64,000 nucleotides of DNA from Parvularia atlantis (Eukaryota), in assembly GCA_943704415.1 (NCBI GenBank), contig CALSCO010000398.1:1-64000 (forward strand), read 5' to 3'. Below, one piece after another: positions 47,473 to 58,600 of the stretch; positions within the stretch are counted from its first letter, which is position 1; every line of letters begins with the position of its first letter. The position numbers and the translations under genes are program-made. Under the pieces are notes generated by a model that made no database searches, was not told the DNA's origin, and worked only from the letters and a program-made list of their open reading frames with translations.

Positions 47473-48901
47473 CTAGTTGTCGTCGGCGAGGACGTCCGAG
47501 CTGCTGAGCTGGTCGCTGCGCGCACGCACACACGGTGAGAGAGGACGTACGGGCGCGTGCGCAGTCAACGGACCCGGCCAGCTTAAGCTGCGCCAGCTGC
47601 GCTTCGGGCGGGACGTTGTCGTCCTGCTGGGAGCCAGCGGACGCCCGGGCCGAGAGCACGTCGATGTACTTGGACTTGAACGTGCCGCCCATGTTCCTTC
47701 CGCGCGATGCGACGCGTGTCGGGCGAGTGCGTTGCGCGGAGCGGCCGCAACGTCGCACCACTCCGCCGGCAGCAGCGACACGTCGATGTGCTTGGCCAGC
47801 TTCTCCTTCCACTCGCCGCCGTACACCTGCGTTCCCCGCGCGGGCGTCAGTCGCGCAGCAGGCGTGCTGGCGTGCGCGAGCCTTGAACTTTTCGAGCGTC
47901 TTGCGTGCGATGAAGGGCTTGGCGAGGTTGAAGGTTAGCTTGAACAGCATGCCCGTATTGAGCAGCACCTGCGCCCGCGCGTCACGACAGTGCAGGCACG
48001 TGGTGTGTAAGCGCACGCACGGCGCGGCAGAGCGTCTCCGGGTAGTGCTTGCGGAACGCTGTGTGCGCGGCGCGATGAGCGACGGACGAGTGCGACGCGC
48101 CGCGCACCCTCCAGAACCGGCGTCCAGATGTGCGTCGCGGTCATCGAGCCCCAAGTGGCGCCTGCGCACACACGGTCAGGGCCGCCGCATGCGACGTGAG
48201 CACGCGCACCGCTGTAGTTGAGGATCGCAAACATCGTCTGGTTGTCCTCGAGCATGTGCACGCCGTCCTCCATCACTGCCACAAAGTACCTGCGCGCGGT
48301 GAGCAGCACGGCGCGGTGCGACGACGCCGCGTGGCGCACTTAAAGTGCACGTCGAGCGAGACCGTGCGGCCGTCAAACATCTCGACCCAGTCGAACGTGA
48401 CGACGTCGCCGGTCTTGGTGCGGAAGGGCGACAGCAGGTACACGGGGCTGCAGCCGGGCTGGGTGCGCAGCGCGTCGCTGTGCGTGCGTGCGAGCGTGCG
48501 TGCATCGGCGGACAGGCGCGCGCACGGCGCTGCCACGCACGCGTCGAAGCGGCCCTTGTCGAGCCCGATGCTCACACGCCACTCCATCGTCTCGCGGAAG
48601 CGCGGCAAAGCCTTCTCAACGTCAAAGCCGTCGCGCTGCAGGAAGCGCAGGAGATACCTGGCGGCCGTGCGTCAGGCGGCACCACGGGGCCTAGCGCACG
48701 CCCGCACCGATCCTTGAACGCCTGCTCGCGCAGGCAACGCTTCACCGTCTCGTCGGCCGAGTCGGCGCGGAACAGCTCGCGCGTGCGCTCCTCAAACTCG
48801 TCAAAGGCCTGCGCACCGCGGCTCAGTCTGCAGCCGCGACAGCCGCGGCGGGCAGGACCCGCGCTCACTTTGCGGCGCGGCGCGTCCAGCGCGGTGACCA
48901 T
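47473..48901 (-). CDS. Sec14/CRAL-TRIO lipid-binding protein
   Basis: YLLRFLQRDGFDVEKALPRFRETMEWR; HYPETL; LLNTGMLFKLTFNLAKPFIARKTLEKFK|VYG..LAKHIDVSLLPAE|.GG. Confidence 0.88.
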
Positions 48902-50394
48902 GGCACGTGGGTGACCGTCGGCCATGGTGTCATTAATTTCGACGCGACCGTGGCAGGGTGGGCGTTGTCACGCGACGACGTCGCGCGCGTGCTCGACGCG
49001 GCGGGCGCGGTGGCGCCGGGCCCGGCCGGGCGCGCGTTCGCCTTCTCGCGGCACGACGCACCCGGGCGCAGCGACGTCTACATCGTGTCGTGTCTTGTGC
49101 CGGACGCCGCGCGCCGCCCCGCGTTGCTCGCGCTCAAGGTTGTGCAGCCCCAGGCGCGCGCGCGCGTGGCGGCCGAGGCGACGCTGCTGCGCTTCCTGGG
49201 CGCGCACAGCTCCGGCTGCTGCCCGCGCCTCGTCGGACACGACGACCGCGGCACCGTCCTGCCGTCGCGCGCCGGCTGGCTGCTGATGGCGTACGTCCCG
49301 GGCGTGCAGCTGACCAAGGTGTGCCACACATTGCATGCGCCACACATTGCACGCGCCGCACCGCCCGACGCCGGCCGCGCACGCGCAGATCTTTGGCGAG
49401 CGGGCGCAGCGCCAGCGCTTCTCGGACGCGCAGCGCCAGCGCTGCTTGGAGCAGCTGGCGGACGTGCTCGTCGCCTTTAAGCAGTTTGAGCTTGTGCCCG
49501 AGCCGCCCGTGACGCGTCTGCTGGCTGGCAGCTTCGAGCGGCTCACGCTCGTGAGCGCGGCGGGGCCCGGCCAGCGCCCGCGCGTGGCCGTGTCGGTCGT
49601 GGGCGACGCTGACTCGGGCCGCGGGCCCTGGGCCGACCTCAGGGCGTACGCGCTCGGTGCGTCGCTGGCGAGCTTCGCGCGGTGCGCAAGCGTGCTAAAG
49701 GGCGCGCCTCAGACGTAATCGACATGCGCATCCAGCAGGCCGCGCGCCTGCATCACAGGGATCGGCCGTTTCACGAAAGGCGCGTGCGGGCTGCGCGGGC
49801 TGCCCCGCTTGCACTGGGCTGAGCTGCTGTGCGCGCGGCAGGATGGCCAAGCTGCTGCGCCAGGCGCAGACGTCGTTGCGCGCGCGCGAGTTCAACCTGC
49901 CGCCCGTGGCGCGCATCATGCACGCGGGTGCGTGGCGTTGCGCCCCATGTTGTTTTGATGGCCGCACGCTAACAGCGCGCGCAGACTTTGGCCTGCACAA
50001 CATCCTTGTCGACCCGGCCACGCTGCGAGTGACGGGCCTGATCGACTGGGAGTGGGCAAGCGTGGGCTTCCACGAGATTGACCTGGAGGACTTGATGGAC
50101 CAGTTCCAGCTCGACGAGCACGAGCGGCACGCGCTCGTCGCGGCCATCGAGCAGCGCTGGCAACAGCTGAGCCCGGCGTCGGTGTCGGTCTTTGACGACA
50201 CGTCCTCGGCCGACGAGGTGCAGTTGCGACGCAACGTCGTCAAGCTGATCGACGCCGCCTTTGCCTTTGCGCACTGCCACGAGTGGTTCGACGCCGAGCA
50301 GCTGGCCGCTTTCAAGACGCGCGAGCTTGAGCCGGAGCTGCGCGAGGTCTGCACGCTCCTGGGCGTGCCCATCGTCGACATCTTGCACGCGTAA
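48900..50394 (+). CDS. Aminoglycoside-phosphotransferase/choline-kinase-like (APH family) protein
   Basis: LALKVVQP..VAAEATLLRFL..CPRLV..WLLMAYVPGVQL; IMHA|DFGLHNILVD..VTGLIDWEWA. Start is inferred: ATG 48900 joined via intron 48907-48956. Confidence 0.8.
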
Positions 50395-50439
50395 CACGCC
50401 GTCCTTTTCCCGCATGTACAACACACGCGTTGAACACGA

Positions 50440-52376
50440 TCACGACTGCGGTGCGCCCAGCGGCACTACCGGGAAGCGCACGGTCGTCGAGAGCATGAAC
50501 GAGAGGTCGGGTAGGCCGTTGACAAACTGCTGGCCGCGCTCGCTAAGCCCGGAGCGGTTCAGCAGAGCGGGTAGGAATAAGCTACGCGTCGGCGTCGCCG
50601 CCGTCACCGTGACCGCGGGCGCAGCCGGCGCCGCAGCAAACGCCTCAAAGTCCTTAAAGCTAATCGACGACGCCAGCGGCTTACCCGACGGTGCAGCCGC
50701 GACCGGGGTGCTTGTCGAGGCGAACGCGCCAAAGTCGTCGTCGTCGTCGTCCGTCGCAGACGTGAACGACAGCGGTGCGGCGGACGAGAGCGCGGCGGCA
50801 GACAGCGCGGCGGCGGGCGAGAGCGCGGCGGCAGACGGCGGCGAGAGCGCGGCGGAAGACGGCGCAGGGGTCGCGTCAAAGCCAAAGTCGAGCGAGAGCA
50901 GGTCGGCTGCGGCGCTGCTGATGAATGCGGCCGACATGCTGCTGGTCGAGCGCACGTTGGGTGAGGGGGCGCTAGAGCCGGCAAAGTCGTCCATGTCGAG
51001 CAGGTTGACGACCGCGGGAGCTAGTACGGCGGGAGACGTGGTGCGAGGCGAACCGGCCGCGGCTCCCTTGGCGCCTGTGCGCACGGCGGCAGATGCCGCA
51101 GAGGCTGCAGGACGCGCCGTGACGACCGCCGGCACAACCGGCTTACGCGAGGCCGAGGCGGTTGCCGCTGCAGCGGCACGGGATTGCGTCGCGGCAGACA
51201 ACGCGGACGAGGGGCTCACGCGGACCTGGCCAAAGTCCATCTTGCGCACGGCGGGCGTCGAGACGGGCTTGGCGAGCAGCTCGGGCGTCACGCCCAGGCG
51301 GGCCAGGTAAGCGCTGCGCACGGCGGACGACTTCCACGTGAACGCGCTCGAGATGGTCGGCGTGCCCGGTGCTGACAGGCCCGCTGACCAGACCGCACTC
51401 GATGCCAGGAGCTGCATCAGCGGAATCACGTCGGAGCCGTCGACAGCGCCCGCGGTCAAAGGCGCAGCACTGCGCGCGACGCCTGCGTGACCGCTGTGTC
51501 AGCCCAGCGTGTCTCTCGTCACAGTGGCGCGCACCGCTCAGCCGCTCGGCGACGCTTGCGAATGTCAACGCGAGCGCAGGCTGAACTGCGGGTGCCGTGC
51601 TCGTTGACGGGGCAGCCGGGACCGCGGCAAAGTCGTCAAAGTCGTCGGTGGCTGCTGCTGGCGCTGTTGCTGGTGCCGTTGGAGCTGCCGCAAAGTCGTC
51701 GAAGTCGTCTGCTGCTGCGGGCGGCGCTGCAGGTGCGGTCGCAAAGTCGTCAAAGTCGTCCTCGACCGGTGCAGGCGCAGACGTCGGCACAGGCTGTGAG
51801 CCGAACGCGCCAAAGTCGTCCTCGACCGGTGCAGGTGCAGGCGCAGACGCGGGCTGCGAGCCGAACGCGCCAAAGTCGTCCTCGACCGGTGCAGGCGCAG
51901 AGATGGGCGCGGGCTGCGAGCCGAACGCGCCAAAGTCGTCCTCGACCGGTGCAGGCGCAGAGATGGGCGCGGGCTGCGAGCCGAACGCGCCAAAGTCGTC
52001 CCCGACCGGTGCAGGCGCAGGCGCAGACGCGGGCTGCGAGCCGAACGCGCCAAAGTCGTCGTCGTCGTCGACCAGCGCAGGTCCAGACGCAGACGACGGC
52101 GCAGTCACTTCCTTGGCCGGCGCGATGGGCGTCACTGGCCCACCCGCTGCGCCAACCGCGTGCAGCGGCGTGAGCGGCACGGCCGCGTCGAGCGACGTGA
52201 AGTCGCCAAAGTCGTCGTCGTCGCCGTCCGCCGCCGGGTGCTTTATGTGGGTGTAGTCGGCGCTGATGTCGCCCGCACCCGCCGCGGGCGTCTGCCGGCA
52301 TGCTCAGCGCCGGCAGCAGGCTGAGCGAGCGCGCGCGCACCTGCACAAACTCGTCGTCGTCGAGAGCGTCGGCCAT
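50440..52376 (-). CDS. AFTPH: Aftiphilin-like AP-1/GGA accessory protein
   Basis: More than ten DDFG[AD]F/DDFDDF motifs; FTWKSSAVR; C-terminal LSERGQQFVNGLPDLSFMLSTTVRFP resembles the aftiphilin C-terminal LPDLxFM...FP box. Confidence 0.75.
51751..52060. repeat. Coding tandem repeat, five near-identical 60-bp units
   Basis: Units begin CAAAGTCGTCC at 51751, 51811, 51871, 51931 and 51991; on the minus strand they encode (S/P)APAPV(E/G)DDFGAFGSQP. Confidence 0.95.
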
Positions 52377-52445
52377 ACTGCGAGTTGTAGGAACTCTGCC
52401 ACAGCTACACGTCGAACAAGCAGACCTCGCTCGCACGCGCGCGCC

Positions 52446-55326
52446 TCAGTCGACCTTCACTGCGCTGTAGATCTTGATCACAAAGTAGTAGCACGAGAAG
52501 AAGCCGATCGTGCCCGTGCACAGGAAGAAGACCAGGCACGCGACGATGATGTCGGTGAAGTAAATCATCGCGGGGATGACCTGGGCCGCGCGCATCAGCA
52601 GGCCGGTCACACACCGCGCGCGCACGTGCGCACCTGCGAGATGTCGAGCCGCGAGATGTAGTAGAAGACCGCGTACAGGAAGATGTAGAACGACGAGCTG
52701 CTCGAGACGAAGAACGAGCGCCACCACCAGTTGTAGTCCTGCCGGCACGTGAGACGCGCCAGGCGCGGTGCGGCGTGCGCACCTCGCCGCACAGCGTGAA
52801 GTAGATGATGACGATGGTGATCTCGACGCAGGTGATGACGAGAATCGCGCACACGATCGCCAGGAAGCCGTACATGTAGTAGTACTGGTCCTGCCACACC
52901 GACTTCATTACGAAGAACAGCTCGATAAACACGACCGCAAACGGCAGCAGGCCGCCGATCGCGACGCTGCGCGCGCGCGCGCGCCCGTCAGCACACGTGC
53001 AGCGGGCGAGCAGCGGCCGCGGCACCTGGCCGGCGTGGTGAGGAACCAGCTGACCTCGGGGATCTGGCGCGGGATCTGGTTGGTGCGCACGGGGTGCTCG
53101 ATGACCTGTTGCGCCCGTCAGCGGTGCACCCGCGCAGGCGCGCTGGCATGCCTTCTTCTTCTGCCCAAAATACGCGCCGATGAATGCCAGCGGCAGCGAG
53201 ATGCCGAACCAGAGCAGCAGGATGGCCACCATCGTGCCTGCAGCCGCCTCAGCGCGCCGCCCAGCGCACGCGGCTGCACGTACCGAACGGGATGGCCGAA
53301 GATGACCGCTGCGACCAGATAAACAAGTTGAGCACGAAAAAGATCAGGCCAATGATGCCCGGGAAGAGCGTCGCGGTCTGGCGAGACGCATCAGTGCGCG
53401 CGTCCGTGCGCACCCGCAAGCACGCACGAGGAACGCGTTGCCCGGCCAGTTGGGGCCCTTGAACACCTTGTAGATGCGCGCGCTGTAGTAGCCGCCAAAT
53501 GCGCTGCGGGCCACGATCGCGTCAGCCGCGCACACGCAGCGCGCGCACGCCGCGGCCGCACCCCATAAACACAAACAGGAAGACCGCGAACGACATCATG
53601 CCGCCACGATAGGACGGGTTGAGCACGCCGACCATCGCGAGCACTGCGGCCGAACACGTGAACGAGGCCCGTGCGCCACGAGAGCACGCACAGACGTTGG
53701 CGACGACCGCGCCGAGGAACTGCACGCCCGAGCCGACCATTACGGCGAGCAGCCAGCCGTGCGCGGGCGGGCGGAACACGTCGCCGTGGACGAGCTTCCA
53801 GCCGGTGACCTCCTCCTGCTCCTCCTGTTGGCGCGGCGCGCGGACGCAGGTCAGCCACCAACAGCACGCTGTACCCGCGCGCGCGCGCGCGCTCGCCTTG
53901 CTGTCCTCCTCGTTGTACGAGTTGATGTCGTTGTTGAGCGTCCGCAGCATGATCACAGCGACCATGGCCGAGAGGAAGAGCAGAATGATGAGCGAGTTGA
54001 CAATCGAGTACCAGTGGATGTTGGGGTCCGAGTTGGCCAGGAAGCGGTCCCAGCGCACGCCCCACGAGATTTCGTCGTCCTGCGCGCGAGCGCGATCAGC
54101 CGGAAGGCCGCGCGGGCCGCACGCCGCTGCGCTTCACCACGCGGAACTCAATCGAGTACGTGTACACGACCGTCGTCTCGGCGTCGGCCACCTCCTGCGC
54201 CTCCATGTCGTCGCTGAACGCGGTCGGGCACGCCGTGCGGTCCCTGCTGCTGATGCTGCGGGCGAGTGTGAGCCGGTGTGCTCGCCGAGGGGGCGCTGCA
54301 GCGCTGCGTACCTGCGCGGGTACACCTCAAAGCCGACGATGCGTGAAAACTCGTCGTCGGGCGAGTCTGTGTTGTACAGGATCGCGATGTTGAAGTGGTT
54401 GTGCAGATACGTCTTCTTGGACGTCTGCGCACAGGGCCCATCAGCGCGCATCCCACACCGCGAGCGTGGCGACGCACCTCGTCCACGTATCCGAGCTTGA
54501 AGCCGGGCTCGTACCTTGCGCACGCCGCGCATTCAGCGTGAGAGCGCGCACAAGCAGCACCGCAACTGTTTCCGGCCGGTCGACGTCGTGCGGAACGGCG
54601 TCGCGCCGGGCATGCTATCGAGGTACCTGTGCAGCCGTTGGGAGCGCGCCTCGCCGAGCGCGTGCAGCGTGCGCTCAACGCACCATTCGACCTTGTACTC
54701 GTTGTTGATGAGCGACGAGACCCACGCGGCCTGGCCGCCCGACAGCACGGCCTTGCACAGGACCTCGCACTGCACGTCCTCGCCAAACTTGATCTGCGGA
54801 AGGGGCGCCCCTCAGAGCGCCGCGCGGCACCACGGCGGGCGCCGCGCGCACGAGGAACGACGACTTGACGAAGCGGTCGCCGCGCAGGACCTCGCCCAGG
54901 TTCTCGCGCACGACCGCGTTGTCGGTCGGGCATACGGGCAGCGACATGTACTCGTACGGCAGGTGTGTCTTGTCCGAGTAGATCTTGTTGTACCACAGGT
55001 CCACGGGGTCCCCGGACTGCGTGCGCGTGTGTGCTTTTGTCAGGGCCACGCCACGTGCGGCCGCGCCGCGTGCCTTGTAGTCCTGTGTGTGTGCGTGCAC
55101 GCGGCGTGGCGAGCGCAGTGGCGGGCAACGGCGTGGCGACGAGGCGGCGGGGCGTGGGCGCAGGCGGGCGGGGTGCGGGCGTGGCGCGGGACGCGCCGTC
55201 AGTGCGGCGGCGCGCTCCGCGCTCGCGGCCGCAACGCACCACCGGCAGGTAGCCCGGCACGTAGAACGCGTGGGCTGCCGTCGCGAGGACGGCCACGAGG
55301 GCCAGCGCGACGACGAAGCTCCGCAT
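52446..55326 (-). CDS. TM9SF: Transmembrane 9 superfamily (EMP70/TM9SF2/4-like)
   Basis: Signal peptide + [97 protein letters not shown]. Confidence 0.96.
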
Positions 55327-55678
55327 CTGCCTGTGCTGTGCCTGCGGGTAATCTGCTGGTGCGCCTCCAGCGTGGCGTGGCGCCGTGTTAGTCGTCGAGC
55401 AAGGGCGCCAGCGGTAGGAGCGGGGCGGGGGGGGAGGGGGGCAGGTTGTGCGTGCGCGTGCGGGGGGAAGGACCGAAGCCACGCGGTACGACAAGGGCAC
55501 GGGCGGGCGCGGGCGCGTGTGGCGACGAGGAGGACGGACGCGACAGCCACGACAGCGAGCGAAAGCTTGACAGACGAAAGTAGCACGTGACTCGAGCAGT
55601 ATGGCGGGCGGCGCAGCATCACGCAAACAACTTCGAGTGTCGAGCGCGTGTTGTTCGCGGAAGATGCACGCGCGGCGG

Positions 55679-58600
55679 ATGCGGCTGGCGATGTGTCTGC
55701 TGCCGGCGCTGCTGCTGGTGCTCACGCGCGCCAAGGCCGTGGATGCGCAGAGTGCGTGCGTGCGCGCGTGCGGCCCGATGCGACGCGGCCCGATGCGACG
55801 CGACGCGGCGTTTCACACTCGCGCGATCGCAGTCGACAACTGCGTCTCCGTGGCCACCAACACGCAGGACAGCTGCTACGACCAGCAGCAGACCATCGGC
55901 GGCTCCAACTGCCCGAGCGGCTACCGCCAGGTCTGTAACGAGCAGCTCCAGTGCAAGTGCTGCTCGCCCATCACGACCTACACGTGCAACCAGTGCCGCC
56001 TATGCTACGCGCGGAGCGCAGACGGCAAGCTGTGCAACCGTGCGCACCCCCCCCCCCCCCCCCCCCGGCACGCGCGTGCCCGTGCACGGCTGAACGCGCG
56101 CAGTGATCAACACGTGCGCGCCGTCGAGCACGCTTTGCGCAAACAACCGCGAGTGCATCAATACTGCCATCGCGCCCCAATGCTTCCGCTGCGGCGACTG
56201 CCCCGCCGGCTCGGCGCCCAACAACGGCACTGGGTGCACGGGTGCGAGCGCGCGACGGCCTGCGGCGCGTGGATGGAAGGATGCTCACCGCCCCGCGCGG
56301 CCAGCCTGCGCGCAGGGCCTGTGGGGCGTCAACTGCGCCAACACGTGCGCGTGCGTCGCCGCCAACTCGCTGTCGTGCAACCCCGACAGCGGCGCGTGCG
56401 CGTGCAAGCAGGGCTGGACAGGCGTGACGTGCGCAAGCGGTCCGTGTGACGCGCATGGTGTGCCGGGGGCGCGGCCTGACGCAGGCGCGGCGACAGCGGT
56501 GTGCGGTGACGGCCTCGTCGTCGGCGCCGAGCAGTGCGATCTGGGCAACGCGAATGTGCGCGCGGAACGCTTACACGTGTGGGAGGCTGCTGATGCGCGC
56601 ATCGCCGCAGGGCCAAGCGCTTCAGTGCTGCACCAGCAACTGCACCTTTGTCATCGCCACGCCCGCCGCGCTCAACGGCAGCGTGAGCCAGTGCCCGACG
56701 GGCAGCAGCAGCTGCGACGCCAACGTGTGCAGCAACGGGCAGTGCACGCACCCGCGCCCCGAGCCGCCCCTGTGCCGGTGCGGCAACTTTGTGCGCGACG
56801 CGAACGAGGTGCGGGACGGTACCGCGTCCTCGCGCATGCACGCCGGCTGACGGGAATATACCCAACGCGAAGGCGTGCGACGCAGGGCCGAACCCATCGC
56901 CCCTGTGCACGTACCCGAGCGAGGCCGGCTGCCAGGTGTGCTCGGCGAACTGCACGGTCGTCACCGGCACAGCGCAGAGATGCGGTACGTGTGCGCGCCC
57001 GCGCGTGTGTGATGCGTCTCACCCGCACACGCAAGGCGACGGCGTGTTCCAGTCTCAGCACGAGCAGTGCGACGACGGCAACAACGTCAACAGCGACGGG
57101 TGCTCGTCGACCTGCCAGGTCGAGCCAGGGTACCAGTGCGTGCCGTCCGGCAGCGGCACAACCTGCATCGCGTGCCCTGCCGGCACTTGGGGCGTGCAGT
57201 GCAACGCGACCTGCGGCGTCTGCTTGCAGGGCACGTGCAGGGCCAGCACGGGACTGTGCACGTGCAGCGCGCCGTGGGTGGGCGCGACCTGTGCCGCGCT
57301 GCCGCAGGCGTCAAACCTGGAGGTGCCCGTCCTGCGTGTCCTGCGCCCCCTATGCATACTGACGCCCCGCACAGGTCTCGGACGTGGCCCTGTCCTGCAC
57401 CACCTGCGGCGTCAACAGCTTCACCGCTCTGGATATGCCGCGCATGACCTTCAGCAACCCGGCCCTGGCGACCCCGTACACGCGCCCGATCGCTTCGAGC
57501 TTGACCTACGTCGGCTTCACGCCCACCGGTTCGTCCTGCGCGACCGTGCTCTCGCCGACGGTGTACACGGCCGCCAACACGACCCTGGCGGCCCCGCTGC
57601 GGCGCGTGGGCACGTTCAGCGTGTGCGTGTCGTACAACGGCGGCGCGTCATTCGTGCTGCAGACGGCGGCCAATACGCAGGTATGCGAGACGCATCGCCC
57701 GCCCGCTGCGCTGCTGACGAGCCACGCCGCGGCAGACGCTCAACCCGCTCATGATCACGGTGACCATCGGCGCCGTACCGGCAACCGCCATCACGGGCAT
57801 CGCCCCGTCGACGCTGTACCAGACGACGTCGCCCGTCGTGGCGCTCACGGGCACGAGCATCGTCCTGTCGAGCACCACCAACGTGCGCGCGGCACGTAGC
57901 CATAGCGGCCGTCCAACCGTGCCCCTGCCCGCAGATTGCGCTGTCGTCGTCGGCCGCGTGCACCTCGCCCGGGTGGATCGTCTCGCTGCCGACGACCACC
58001 GACCTCGCGGCTGTGGCCGGACCGCAGCTCACGCTCGCAACCGGCGCGACGTACTACGTGTGCTACTCGACCAACAGCGGCACGACGTGGATCGCCCAGG
58101 TGCGCGTGCTCGCCGGGCTGCGCGCAGCTGACGACCAGCGCGCAGACCGGCGTCACCGTCGCCATCGTGCCGCCGCCCGCTAGCGCCACTGCCGTGCAGG
58201 GTATCAGCCCGACCACCGTCGCTGCAGGCTCGGCGCCGTCCATGACGCTGTCCGGCGCGGTGACGCTCGCGGGCGCCGGCGTCGCGTTCGCTTTTGTGCC
58301 GTTCTCCAGCCAGCTCGACTGCACCGCGGCCGGCGGGCGCGTTGCAGAGACAACCTACACCACCAGCCCGGCGACGCTCGCTGCGCCGTTCACCGTCGGC
58401 GGCACGTACGCCGTGTGCTTCCTCTCTGGTGCGCATGCGCGTCTATTGTTGCTATTGTTGCGCCGCGCTGACGTGCATGCGCCCGACAGGCGGCATCTGG
58501 CAGCGACAAGTGACGCAGGGCCTGGTGCTGACGGTGACGGTGCCGGACGCGAGTGCGAGCAGCATTGCCAGCATCTCGCCGAGCTCTTTGGTGCTGCCCG

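Noticed and set aside
48900..50394. Antibiotic-resistance gene
   Set aside because: APH-fold kinases are widespread in eukaryotes; this one has introns and nothing indicates aminoglycoside specificity.
51751..52060. Regularly spaced repeats resembling a CRISPR array
   Set aside because: Whole 60-bp units are near-identical with no unique spacers, they are in-frame coding, no cas genes are present and the context is eukaryotic.
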